From positions 7,200,001 to 7,264,000 of the forward strand of contig JASGJH010000001.1 in NCBI GenBank assembly GCA_047601445.1: 64,000 nt of DNA. Reading direction: 5' to 3'. The notes under the pieces are model-generated. The model made no database searches and had not been told where the DNA came from. It worked only from the letters and a program-made list of their open reading frames with translations. The translations under genes and the position numbers were made by a program. Below, piece after piece: positions 23,992 through 34,500 of this stretch. Each line of letters starts with the position of its first letter. The first letter of the stretch is position 1. This stretch comes from Myxococcales bacterium. GTDB lineage: Bacteria; Myxococcota_A; Polyangia; Polyangiales; DASUME01.

Positions 23992-25158
23992 CTATTTGGA
24001 GCAGACGCTTTGCGAGACGCCGTCGGCGTCCTTTACCGACTGACATGTTGGATCCGCACCACTGGTATCGGGACAATCCTTGTCGATGCCACAGGGAACC
24101 GTGCAAAGCCAGCCCTGCGCGGCTCCGGCGTTGACGCAATATCCATCATCGACGTCAGCGACGCCGCACTTGGCGTTGCTCCCGTGGGTGGCATCTGTCG
24201 CACAGGAAGTTCGGTAAAAGTCGCTGTGCGAGGAGCAGGTCGAAAGCTGGAGCAGACAGGCATCGACGCTGCTTCCTTCGATAGTCGTCGCGCTGGCCTT
24301 CTCCTTGATGAAGGGTCTCCCGCACTTGATGTCATTCGTGTACAGGGGCATGCAGTACCAGTTCGCCAGTAGCGTGTTTCCAAAATTCTCCGGCAAGCAC
24401 GCATGGCCCTCGGCGCATTCGTCATCGCTCACGCACGTGCATCGCGTCGCGTTCTCCGGGCACTTCCCGCACAAGGGTGCTGAACCCTCTTTCGCCCCGT
24501 CCATGCACGCGTGGGTAAGTGCGTTGCAAACGTCCTTGTTGTTGGCAGGGCCGTCGCAATCGTCGCGAGCCTCGCGGGTGCACTCGACGCAGTAGTTGCC
24601 TGGGCGTCCGTTGGCGCCGGCCGATAGGCACACGTGCTTGCCGTCGACGAAGCCGCACTCGTTGTCTCCAGCCGGATCGCAGGGCTCGCAGGTGTGAGCT
24701 TCGGAGCAGTGCGACGCCTCGGCCGTCTTGCAATCCGAGTCGGAGTTGCATTGCACGCAGATGTTGCTGCTGGTCTTGCAGACTTTGTTGGCCCCCGTGC
24801 ACGCATCGGAATGGTCCGCCGTGCACTCCACGCAGACGTTGTTGCCTTCGTCGCACACGCCCTTGGGGGCTGCGCAAGGTCCGCCGCACGGCGGTACGAC
24901 AGCACTATCCGAGCCGTCCGTCATGGACGCGTCGAGGTCGCCATCTCCATCCCCATCGCCATCCCCCGGCGTGGTGCTGTCCATGCTTGCGTCGCCGTGG
25001 TTCGCGTCGTTGGGCATGGCGTCGCCGTCGAGGGGGATGCAGAGTGACCCTACACGGCGGGCGCCAGTTGCACACGTCGCGTCGGCGCACGAGCAAAGCA
25101 CCAAGAGAGCCGTTGCCACGGCTCGGCTCAGCATTGGCGCTAGTGGGGAGGTATCCAT
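23992..25158 (-). CDS. Cys-rich putative surface lipoprotein (paralog B)
   Basis: Signal LLVLCSC, GDGDGD linker, repeated CVEC/CVQC..DSDC units; start could also be 25134. Confidence 0.8.
   Translation of the reverse strand: MDTSPLAPMLSRAVATALLVLCSCADATCATGARRVGSLCIPLDGDAMPNDANHGDASMDSTTPGDGDGDGDGDLDASMTDGSDSAVVPPCGGPCAAPKGVCDEGNNVCVECTADHSDACTGANKVCKTSSNICVQCNSDSDCKTAEASHCSEAHTCEPCDPAGDNECGFVDGKHVCLSAGANGRPGNYCVECTREARDDCDGPANNKDVCNALTHACMDGAKEGSAPLCGKCPENATRCTCVSDDECAEGHACLPENFGNTLLANWYCMPLYTNDIKCGRPFIKEKASATTIEGSSVDACLLQLSTCSSHSDFYRTSCATDATHGSNAKCGVADVDDGYCVNAGAAQGWLCTVPCGIDKDCPDTSGADPTCQSVKDADGVSQSVCSK
24938..25028. repeat. 91-bp exact direct repeat, copy 1
   Basis: Identical to 26230-26320 (tcgccatctccatccccatcgcc...ttgggcatggcgtcgccgt). 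Confidence 0.95.
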
Positions 25159-25187
25159 TGGTGGGCGATCGCTAGCGCCGAAACTCG

Positions 25188-26414
25188 CTAGAGCTTGCAC
25201 ACCCCAAACTCAAAGCTGTTGTCCGAGTAGCACCCGCTGGGTGCACTGCCCGAGCCGGCTGGGCAATCGGCTACGTCATTGCTGCATGGCACGGTGCAGC
25301 GGAAGTCGAGATCGCCGGCGAAGTAAACACAGTATCCATCGTTGAGATTTTCGACGCCACAGAGGTCTTTGTTTCCCCTCTTCTGCCCTAGATTGTCAGG
25401 GTCGTCCTCTGCGCATGAAGTGTTCTTGTAGTTCGCGTGAGCCTTGCAGGTAGTAATCTCTACGCTGAACGCGCAAACAGGGGTCTTGGGGCCATCGGCG
25501 GTTGCGACCGCATCTGTAACGCGCTTCCTTGGCCGAGCACACGGCTTCGAGCCATCGAATTTTTGCAGGCATACCTTGTGAGAAGGAACCGCTGGCTCCG
25601 CGACGCACACGTAGTCGTCACCGCATTCCGCGTTGCTGATGCATTCGGCGCAGGCTTGAGCCGACTTGGTCTTGCGTGTTGCGCTGCAGGAATGATTGGA
25701 CGGGTCGCAAACAAACTGCTGATCGCCAACCTTGCACTTAGCGAGAGCGGTGGGTGAACATGCCATGCACGTTCCACCGACACAGGCGGGAGTGTCCGCT
25801 AGATGCGAGCAGTCGCCATCAATCCCATCCGCGTTGGGCGCCACGTCGGCAGTGCATTTCGTGCATGTTCCGTTGTCGCAGACGCTCGCATCCGCCGGGC
25901 AATCGAGGTTCGACCTGCAGGCGAGACATGTGCCATTGACGCAATACGGGGCGGAGGCAACGAGCGCGCAGCCATCGTTCACCTCACTGGTGCAGGCAAC
26001 GCACTCGCCGAGCTTGGTGTCGCAGACGCTCTTCGCAGGGTTCCCAGAGCAATGACTTTGGTCGCTACAAGCGACACATTTGCCGGCAGCGCAAAGGACC
26101 TTGCCGTCGCTATGGGCGCTGCAGTCTGCGGGGCCTCCGCACTCGACACACTTGCCGTCGACACACACGAGGGAGTCTTGGCAGACCTTTTCAGCGCTGC
26201 AGTCCGGGCAGCCAATACACAGGCCTGAATCGCCATCTCCATCCCCATCGCCATCCCCCGGCGTGGTGCTGTCCATGCTTGCGTCGCCGTGGTTCGCGTC
26301 GTTGGGCATGGCGTCGCCGTGTTGGCCCGCGTCTGTGTAGCGGTGCTCGACGGGGATGCTCATGCAGGCACCCAGGAGTGCTGCGGACAGGCCAAGCCAG
26401 GTGGTGGTGCGCAT
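25188..26414 (-). CDS. Cys-rich putative surface lipoprotein (paralog A)
   Basis: Lipobox LLGAC, GDGDGD linker, CVEC/CVAC repeats; TAATG coupling to the upstream PEGA gene. Confidence 0.85.
   Translation of the reverse strand: MRTTTWLGLSAALLGACMSIPVEHRYTDAGQHGDAMPNDANHGDASMDSTTPGDGDGDGDGDSGLCIGCPDCSAEKVCQDSLVCVDGKCVECGGPADCSAHSDGKVLCAAGKCVACSDQSHCSGNPAKSVCDTKLGECVACTSEVNDGCALVASAPYCVNGTCLACRSNLDCPADASVCDNGTCTKCTADVAPNADGIDGDCSHLADTPACVGGTCMACSPTALAKCKVGDQQFVCDPSNHSCSATRKTKSAQACAECISNAECGDDYVCVAEPAVPSHKVCLQKFDGSKPCARPRKRVTDAVATADGPKTPVCAFSVEITTCKAHANYKNTSCAEDDPDNLGQKRGNKDLCGVENLNDGYCVYFAGDLDFRCTVPCSNDVADCPAGSGSAPSGCYSDNSFEFGVCKL
26230..26320. repeat. 91-bp exact direct repeat, copy 2
   Basis: Identical to 24938-25028. 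Confidence 0.95.
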
Positions 26415-27448
26415 TAGAAGCTCCCTCGGTACTGAAGCGAGGCTCCGGTCGGTGCTGTTCCGTGCTCGCGAATGATTCCGACGCCCATGAAGAGCCCGCC
26501 GCCGACCACGATGCCGGCGATGCCGAGGCCCAAAGATGCTTTGCTGTTGCCGTTCACGACGTTGCAGGTCTGCTCGCCGGGCGGGCCCTGAACGCAGTTG
26601 CCCTTTTCCGTGTAGTGGATGATGCCCGTGATCGTGTAGGCGAGGCCGAGCGCTGCGAGCGGGGCTCCAATGATGTAGTTCCACTTGCTGCGCTTGCGGG
26701 ACCAGAAGCTGTCGTCGCGCTGATTCGGCACTTCGGTGGCGATGGCACCGGAGTCGATGGCTTGAGGAGCTTTGTTCTCGATCTGCAGCTGCTCGTAGTG
26801 CGCAGGGTCGTCCGGAAGCGTGATGGTTCCGTCGTAGAGCAGGCTACCGGCCGGGCTCTCGACGACGATGCGGTGCAAGCCAGGCTCGGTCTTCTCCATA
26901 TAAGGCACCGCCTGGGGTACGCGGCCGTCCACGCGCACGCGGCTCCCATCGGGGCCGTCGACCTTGAGCCATGGACCCGGTCCGCGCGAGAGACGCTCGT
27001 AGGCGAGCTGGGCCGCGCGGATGGCCGCGGCGTGCACGCCCGCATCGCCGATATCCACGTTGCCGCTGTAGGCCGCGCCATCGGGCGTGACCAGGGCGCA
27101 GCTCAAGCTGGCAGGACCGTTACGGCGATCGGGCGCGAACAATCGCAGCACTACCGCGAAGTCCACGTCGAGTTTGATGGCGAAGGCTTGGGCGCAGCTC
27201 GCGTCGCCGCAGCTGCGAAATTCGGGGCCCGCACGCCGGATGGACTCGTCCGGAGGCGTGATGGGAATCGCGTCGGGGAATTGTGCGAAATAGGAGATGA
27301 CGGCTTGCTGCGCGGTCAGACTGTCTTGGTCGGACACGTTGGCTTCGGTGATCGGCTTGAGCAGTGCTCCCGCCTCGGCCCGAGCGCTGCCTACGAACAT
27401 CGCGAGTGCAATTACTGCGATGCCCATGCGGGCAAGACTTCTCACCAT
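26414..27448 (-). CDS. PEGA domain-containing exported protein
   Basis: Signal peptide; C.DASCA motif; LKVDGPDGSRVRVDG...PGLHRIVVE (PEGA-like); two Gly-rich hydrophobic segments; ends YRGSF. Confidence 0.75.
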   Translation of the reverse strand: MVRSLARMGIAVIALAMFVGSARAEAGALLKPITEANVSDQDSLTAQQAVISYFAQFPDAIPITPPDESIRRAGPEFRSCGDASCAQAFAIKLDVDFAVVLRLFAPDRRNGPASLSCALVTPDGAAYSGNVDIGDAGVHAAAIRAAQLAYERLSRGPGPWLKVDGPDGSRVRVDGRVPQAVPYMEKTEPGLHRIVVESPAGSLLYDGTITLPDDPAHYEQLQIENKAPQAIDSGAIATEVPNQRDDSFWSRKRSKWNYIIGAPLAALGLAYTITGIIHYTEKGNCVQGPPGEQTCNVVNGNSKASLGLGIAGIVVGGGLFMGVGIIREHGTAPTGASLQYRGSF

Positions 27449-29274
27449 GTACGGATCTCCTTGCGCACCACCAGCTGGATGCTCGTGCTGGTGGGGGCCA
27501 CGTAGGCTTGCGTGTTCGATTCGTTCTTCGTCAGTCCCCACTCGAGCAGATGAGCGATGGGGAAGGTCAGGAGCGGAGCCGCCGCTGCCAGAGCCAGGGC
27601 GCCTCGACCCAGTGTGTCGTGGTGCTTGATGCAACCGTCATCCAAGTAGAGCTCGCACTGACCGTTCTTGGTGAGGTCGACCGCACCCCAGGCCGCCAGG
27701 CCCACGCCGCCCGCGCCGATGGCGTAGCTCCACCAGGGCACGCCGTTCTTTACGTCGATGCGCATGAGCGGCACCGCGGCAGACATCAGCGCTCCGCCTG
27801 CCACCCCAATCCAACGCAAGTCGGCGGCCTTGCTGTAGTCGTCATTGAGCTTCTCCAGCTTGGCCTGGTCCTTACCGGGGGCGGAGGCCTCGTCCGAGAT
27901 GTCCACGTCGATGCGCTCGCGCTTCATCTCTTCGGCGATGCCCACTGCCATCAAGCCCACGCCCACGCCTGCCAGCACGCCCGAGACGATGCGCAGCTTG
28001 CGCGTCCGTGCCTTCGGATCGTCGGCCTTTTGGGCGTGCGGGCTCGGACCGACCGAGAGCTCGGCTTGCACGTGCTCTTCGACGCCCGCCGGCTGTTCGG
28101 CGGTCGCCACGTCGCCTTCGGAAACCGTGCCGGTCGCGGCTACGGCGGCAGGGGCGGTAGACGCAGGGTCCATGCGACCTTCGAACAAAGCGTCCAGTGC
28201 GGCCTCGAGTGCGGGGGACTCGTTGCCCTCGGCGCTGAGCCAGGCAAAGCGCGCGCGGCCCAGCACGCGCCCATCACTCGCCGACACACGCGTGAGATAG
28301 GCGTCGCCACCGTCCACGCTCACGAGGATGGCTTCGTCCGCGCGCACCGATTTGGCGAGCTGTCCACCGTGCGCGTCCACCAGCCGTTTGCGATCCTTGT
28401 CGGACTCGTAAATCAGGGCCAAGCGTGAGCCGCTGCGCAGGGCGCGGTCGTATTCGGCGTCGACCAGGAGATCCACGGCGTCGTCGCCGAGCTGCACGAT
28501 GTGCACGCGTCCCTGGGCTCGTCCGCACTCCACCTGCACGCGGTACTCACCAGCGGCAGCGCGGTCCAAGCGGAAGGGCGTGACGCCGAGGTGGCGGCCG
28601 TTCACATAGGTGGCGCAGCCGGAGTCGGGCTTGCTCTCCACCGTCAGGCGTCCGATGCGCATGCGGCGCAGTTGGTCGTCAGCTTCGGCCAGTACACCGA
28701 TGACGCTCGCCGGATGCAGCATTTCGCTCGGGGACACGTCGGGCACCAGGCGGCGGCAGCGCATGGCCTCGGCCAGGGCGTCGCGTCGCTCGTCGCGGGC
28801 CAGGGCGTTGCGCACCAGGGCCAGGCACGCATCGAGTACGTGGCGGGCCGTCTTGGTTTCGCGGTTGAGGTTCTCGAGAGCACGCTCGGCGCGGCTCAAC
28901 ACCTCCTGCACGCTGCGCTGGGCGGCCGCGCTGCGTCCGAAAGCCACGTGCTCCAGAGCGGCGTGAGCCTCGCGCGCGAGCACGTCGAGGTCGGAGTTGT
29001 CGGGGGAGGCCGGGGGCCGCGACTGCGCCTGGGCACGGTCGCGCGCTTCGTGCATGGAGACGATGCGAATGCGCCGGGCCGTGAGCCCTGACTCCAGCGA
29101 GTCAGCCGTCCGCTGCTCCGCCTCGGTGAGCTCGTGCACCGAGTGCGGGACCACCACCAGGCGGCCGAGGGCCTGCGCCTGTACCCGGGCATGGGGAGCC
29201 AGGAAGCCGAGCGCCACGAACGCACCGGTGAGCAGGACTACAAAAAGGGACCGTCGGGAGCGGAGATGGTTCAT
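27442..29274 (-). CDS. PEGA domain-containing exported protein
   Basis: Signal peptide; helical region; LTVESKP...YVNGRHLGVTP....AGEYRVQVE (PEGA); C-terminal hydrophobic hairpins; ends in W. Confidence 0.8.
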   Translation of the reverse strand: MNHLRSRRSLFVVLLTGAFVALGFLAPHARVQAQALGRLVVVPHSVHELTEAEQRTADSLESGLTARRIRIVSMHEARDRAQAQSRPPASPDNSDLDVLAREAHAALEHVAFGRSAAAQRSVQEVLSRAERALENLNRETKTARHVLDACLALVRNALARDERRDALAEAMRCRRLVPDVSPSEMLHPASVIGVLAEADDQLRRMRIGRLTVESKPDSGCATYVNGRHLGVTPFRLDRAAAGEYRVQVECGRAQGRVHIVQLGDDAVDLLVDAEYDRALRSGSRLALIYESDKDRKRLVDAHGGQLAKSVRADEAILVSVDGGDAYLTRVSASDGRVLGRARFAWLSAEGNESPALEAALDALFEGRMDPASTAPAAVAATGTVSEGDVATAEQPAGVEEHVQAELSVGPSPHAQKADDPKARTRKLRIVSGVLAGVGVGLMAVGIAEEMKRERIDVDISDEASAPGKDQAKLEKLNDDYSKAADLRWIGVAGGALMSAAVPLMRIDVKNGVPWWSYAIGAGGVGLAAWGAVDLTKNGQCELYLDDGCIKHHDTLGRGALALAAAAPLLTFPIAHLLEWGLTKNESNTQAYVAPTSTSIQLVVRKEIRTW

Positions 29275-29591
29275 AGGTCAGCCGGGCTATCGGCCGAATC
29301 TCTTTAGAGTTGCGTGGATTTTTCGCGCGAGAAGCGACTTATCAGTTTGGGGCACATTGCGCCAGGGGGACTCCCCAGGCGTTCACTGTAGGGGGTCGGA
29401 GGCTAGCCAGGAAAGGTTTGCGCCAATGTAGGTGTTCCGATAGTCCCGGCGAGCTTCGGGACGCAAGATTTGGGCGGGCTCCCCCTGCCTGGGTCGCGAG
29501 CAGCAGGCGGAGGCTGGACGCGGAGGCTGAAGTGGGGCCTGGCGAGGATCGCGCTAGGTCTGATGGGCTGCGTTCGCCCGTGGCAAGCGGC

Positions 29592-30062
29592 TCAAGGACC
29601 CATCGTCTTCAACACCTCGTGCCAGGCCCCCTGGCGCTCGAGGGCTTCACGGCGAGCTCGCAATAGGCGGCGCGCGTCGTCCACGAGCGGGGTCTTCGCT
29701 TGCATGAGCTGGTCAGCCAGAAGGTCGCCTTCAGACAGGCGGATCAGGTGCTGCTTGACCAGCCAGGCCACGAAGGCATGCAGGACCTCGTAGTGGGCGA
29801 GCACTAGGGCCGGGTTGGGGAAGTACGCCTGGTCGATCGAGAGTCGTCGAAAGATGGCGTGGATGGGTAAAGCCGCCCAGCTCGGTGCACCCGGGCGCAG
29901 CTCCCACAGCGCCGAGGCGCTCTCGAGCAACACCAGCTCGGCATGCGCATCCTGAGCCACCACGGGATGCCGCTCGAGAAAGCGCACGATGTCCGCGGAG
30001 GAACGCTCCGCCCAGGCGAGCTCACCGGGCTGATAGCTGCGCTGAGAGGAGAATTTCGTCAT
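29592..30062 (-). CDS. Hypothetical protein
   Basis: 156-aa ORF with normal composition, co-oriented with its neighbours. Confidence 0.6.
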   Translation of the reverse strand: MTKFSSQRSYQPGELAWAERSSADIVRFLERHPVVAQDAHAELVLLESASALWELRPGAPSWAALPIHAIFRRLSIDQAYFPNPALVLAHYEVLHAFVAWLVKQHLIRLSEGDLLADQLMQAKTPLVDDARRLLRARREALERQGAWHEVLKTMGP

Positions 30063-30106
30063 GCATTAGGTATCGGACGAAGAAGCCACGAGTTGCGTGA
30101 AGAGAT

Positions 30107-30252
30107 CGGAGGCGGAGGCTGTGGCGGGAGACGACTGCGGGAAACTCAGGCCGTTGCGGGAGGGCCCGAGGCAACCTCGGCCACGACCACGGTCTCCGCC
30201 ACGGCCACGGTCTCCGCCACGGCCCGAGCCACCGCGCCCGGCTCCCGTCCCC
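30107..30252. repeat. Intergenic hexamer-periodic repeat including an 18-bp tandem duplication
   Basis: ccacggtctccgccacgg twice at 30187-30222; G-rich left arm and C-rich right arm. Confidence 0.6.
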
Positions 30253-30253
30253 G

Positions 30254-31543
30254 TCAGTTCCGCGGCGGCCTGACTCGAACGCTGCGAATCACTCGCGGAT
30301 TCGCCTCCAGAATCTCGAGCACGCTGCCGTCTTCTGCCTTCAGCAGGGTGCCGGTTTCCGGGATTCTTCCGGCTAGCTCGAGGCACAGGCCTGCCAGCGT
30401 GGACCACTCTTCGCCTTCGGGCAGGTCCAGTCCATGGTCGCGGTTGAGTTCGCGGACCGGGGTGTCGGCGCGCACGATCATGCTGCCGCTCGCTTCCACG
30501 ACGATGCCCGCGGGGGGCGGCACGCTGTCGTCGTTGACCTCGCCCACCAGCTCTTCGAGGAGGTCTTCCAGGTCCACCAACCCCTTGGTGCCACCCGCTT
30601 CGTCGAGCACCACCGCGAGCGGCGCGCGCTCCTTCTGCATGCGCGAGAGCAACTTCACGGCCGGCAGCGCGGGCGGCACGTAGATCACGGGGCGCAGCAG
30701 CTTCTTGAGCGCGAGTGGCTTGCCGTCGAGGCACTGCCGCGCGAGTTCCTTCACCGCCACGTAGCCCGCGAGATTGTCGATGGTGCCTTCGTACAAGGGC
30801 AGACGATCCGGCAGTTCACGCGAGAGCACGTCGGAGACCTGGGAACGCGTGGCATTGAGGGGTAGGGCCGAGACCTGCGTGCGCGCCTTCATCACGTCTT
30901 CGGCGGTGAGGTCTCGCAAGTCGAGCGCGCGACTCGCGATGTCGGCCGTGCCGTCGTCGAGCTCACCGGAGCGAGCGGCTTCCTCCACCAATTCCTGGAG
31001 CTCGTCGGGGGAGAGGCGGGCCTCGGTGAAGCTCGTCTTGTCGCCGAACAGCTTGAGGATGAGGTTGGAGCTCGCGGTCAACAACCACACGATGGGCCGT
31101 GCCAGGCTCGACAGCCACAGCAGGGCAGGGCTCAAGGTGAGCGCCACGGGTTCCGGCGCGCGCAGCGCCAACGACTTGGGTACCAACTCGCCGATCACCA
31201 CGGACAGGAACGTGATGCTGAAGATGGTGGTGGCGAACGCGATGGGAGACGCCCAGGCACTCATGCCCGGGATGGAGCTCAAGAGCGCCGCGAAGCGCTC
31301 ACCCAGCGAATCCTCGCCGTACACCGCGGCCGCCGCGCCGACGGCGGTGATGCCCACCTGCACCGTGGCCAGGAAACGCTCGGTCTGCTCACGCAGGAGC
31401 TGCGCCGCGCGCGCGCCACGCCGCTTCTCTTCCACGAGCTGCGAGACGCGCGTCTTGCGCAGCGCGATGACGGCAATCTCGGTGGCGGAGAACAGACCGT
31501 TCAACACGATGAGGCTGAGCACGAGCAGGACGTCGGAGAACAA
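30254..31543 (-). CDS. Hemolysin/CNNM (TlyC/CorC-like) CBS-domain protein
   Basis: LNGLFSATEIA, FLATVQVGIT, GELVPKSLA, CBS pair, LEDLLEELVGE, CorC/HlyC C-terminal domain. Confidence 0.92.
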   Translation of the reverse strand: MFSDVLLVLSLIVLNGLFSATEIAVIALRKTRVSQLVEEKRRGARAAQLLREQTERFLATVQVGITAVGAAAAVYGEDSLGERFAALLSSIPGMSAWASPIAFATTIFSITFLSVVIGELVPKSLALRAPEPVALTLSPALLWLSSLARPIVWLLTASSNLILKLFGDKTSFTEARLSPDELQELVEEAARSGELDDGTADIASRALDLRDLTAEDVMKARTQVSALPLNATRSQVSDVLSRELPDRLPLYEGTIDNLAGYVAVKELARQCLDGKPLALKKLLRPVIYVPPALPAVKLLSRMQKERAPLAVVLDEAGGTKGLVDLEDLLEELVGEVNDDSVPPPAGIVVEASGSMIVRADTPVRELNRDHGLDLPEGEEWSTLAGLCLELAGRIPETGTLLKAEDGSVLEILEANPRVIRSVRVRPPRN

Positions 31544-31546
31544 GCA

Positions 31547-34500
31547 TTACCTCGTGGGTGCGCTCGCGCTGCCGGAGCTCTCACTGCCGAGACCGCCGTC
31601 GTAGCTTCGAGCCGAGTCGAGGGGGCTGCCCATTTCGCGGATCAACGAGGCCAGGGTTTCCACGTTCAACGTGCTGCCGGCATCGCTACCCTCGAGCAGA
31701 CGGTCGGCGAGCTCGCGCTTCTCGTCGTGCAGCGCCAGGATCTTCTCCTCGATGCTGCCCTCCATCACCATGCGATAGATGGTCACGGGGCGCGTTTGTC
31801 CGATGCGATGGGCGCGGTCGCTGGCCTGATCTTCCACGGCCGGGTTCCACCAGGGGTCGAGGTGGATCACGTAGTCGGCCGCGGTCAGGTTCAGACCGAA
31901 TCCGCCGGCGCGCAGACTGATCAAGAAGATGTCGCCGCTGCCGCCCTGGAAGGCGCGCACGCTCTCGGCGCGCTGGGCGGGAGGCGTGCTTCCATCCAGG
32001 TATTGATAGGGGATCGAGAGCTCCTCGAGACGTCGGCGCACGATCTGCAGGTGGTCCACGAACTGGCTGAACACCAGCGCACGATGACCTTCCTCGCGGA
32101 GCTCCTGCACCAGCTCTTCGAAGGCCTCGAGCTTGGAGCCATGGATGTTGGCTTCGGGCATCACCAGCGACGGGTGACAGGCCGCGCGGCGCATGCGCAT
32201 CAGCTCGGCCAACATGCGTAGACGCACCTCGCCCGGACGCCCCGGATCGCGCAGGCGTGTGAGGGCCTGCTCGCGCAGCGCCGCATACAGAGCGCGTTCC
32301 TCCGGCGATGACGGGATCCGCAAGGTGATTACGGTCTTCTCGGGCAGCTCGGCGAGCACGTCGCTCTTCTTGCGGCGCAGGATGAAGGGATGCACCACGC
32401 GCTTGAGGCTGTCCGTCAGGCGGCTGTCGTCATCGCGCTGGATGGGCCGCGCGAAGCGGTGCTCGAAGCTGCGCGACGAGCCCAACAGGCCGGGATTGAG
32501 GAAGCTCATGATGCTCCACAGTTCTCCCAGGTGGTTCTCCACGGGCGTGCCCGTGAGCGCAAGCCGCATCTGGGCCCGCAACCGCATCGCCGTCTTGGCG
32601 CGCTGCGTGCTCGGGTTTTTGATGGCCTGTGCCTCGTCGAGCACCACCATCGAGAACTCTCGCGTCTCCAGCAGCTCGATGCCCTGTTGCAGCATGCCGT
32701 AGCTACAGACCAGCAGATCTTGCGGCCCGAGCTCGCGTACCAGCTTCTCGCGCTCCTCGCCTGCGAAGCGCACCACCCGCATGCCTGGCGCGAAGCGCGC
32801 CGTCTCCTCGACCCAGTTCGCGGTGACCGAGGTGGGGGCGACCACCAGCGAGGGGCCACGTTCGGCGTGGGCCACCAACAGGGCCAGCGCCTGCAGCGTC
32901 TTGCCGAGACCCATGTCGTCGGCAAGGCACGCGCCCGCGCCGATGTGAGTGAGGCGCGACAACCAGGTGAAGCCCTCGAGCTGATACGGACGCAGATCCG
33001 CAGCCAGCCCTCCGGGCGTCTTCACCACGAGCTTCTCCGCCTCGCGCAGGCGCGCCAGGCTCTGCAGCGCGGCGGGATCCAGCTGCACCTGACCCAGACC
33101 GTCTTCGCCCCAGCGATTGAGCACGCCGAGCGACAGCGGGTGTAGTTCGAGCTGGCCCTGCTTGTGCTGGCTGAGCACGGACAGATCCTCGAGCTCCCGC
33201 TTCAAGCGCTGGGTGAGCGCCAAGAAGCGGCCCTCGCTCAGCGCCAAGAAGCGGCCTTCCGCCTGCGTGATGCCCTCGAGCAGCTGCTTGAGCGACAGCT
33301 TGAGGCTCGGGTCCACCTGAAGTTCGCCCTCGGCCGAGAGCCAATAGGAGGCCTGCTTCAGCTTGAGATGCAGGTCTTTGAGGTCGCGCTCGGCCACCAC
33401 GGACAGCGGCTGCCCTTCGGGCCACTCGACCACGATCTGGTCTTCCAGATGCGCTAGCTCGCCCAGCAATTCCAGGCAGTCCTTGAGCTCTGCCAATTGG
33501 AAGTCGAAGGTCGAGACGCGCGCTTCGCCCGTGGCACCTGGCTGCGCTGCGTGACTCGCGGCGCGCAAGGTCGGGCAAGCATCGGCCAACGCGAAGGCGC
33601 GCTCACGCTCCTGCTCCAGGTTGCGCTGGGTACGCTCGGCGCGCGGACCGGTGGAGCGTACACAGATGGCGACCACTTCGGTGCTGCCCTCTCCCGGCAG
33701 CCACGTGGGGCCACCCGGAATCGGAGCCACGCGCAGGCGGATTCTGAGTCCGGCCTGGGCGCGCACGAGCTGCACGTGAATGCGCGGGTCGCAGGGCACC
33801 TCTGGCACCGGTCCGTCGAGCTTCACGTGGGCTTCCAGCTCGAAGTGGCGCGCGAAGGCATCGCTCAGCGCATACAGGCGGTCGCGCGCTTTGAGCGGCA
33901 ACAACAGGCCACCCGAGCCGCACTGGGAGGCGAGCGCCCATTGCGCGTCGTTGAGCGCGTACACGCGGACGCGGCGGTTGCCGTCGCTCACGCACACCAC
34001 GCGTCGCTCGCCAGCGGCTGCGGGTTGCACCTTGATTCGCACGCCCTCGAGGCTCTCGTGGAGATCGAGGCGTGGCGTGGCCGCTACCACCTCGAGCGGC
34101 ACCGTGGACTCTTCGTTGGCGAACACCCGGGGGTGGCCCACCAGGGCAGCGGCCGCCAGGTCGTCGAGCACGAAGTCCTTGGTACCGCCCGCCACGGCGT
34201 CGGCGTCGGCCTCGCGAACGTGGCGCAGCACGCGCAGATCTTCGGCGCTAATCCAGTCCGAGTTGAGGGCGATCTCTCGGAGGCGCTTCCAGCCGATGGC
34301 CCGCCCCACGCTGTAGCCGGTGGGGGTCAGGCGCTCGATACGCGCGCCGATGGTCGGGCGACCGCGCTTGTCCACCTCGAGCAAGAAGCGCAGGCGCCCC
34401 TTCTCCAGGTCGGGCTCCTGCGCGCTCTGAGTAACGGCGAGTTCGAGGCTCGAGAGCACCTGCTCCCAGGCTTCTTGCTTCATGTAGAGACCGCGAATGC

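Noticed and set aside
24938..26320. Diversity-generating retroelement TR/VR pair
   Set aside because: The copies are identical with no adenine-specific mismatches, and no reverse transcriptase is present.
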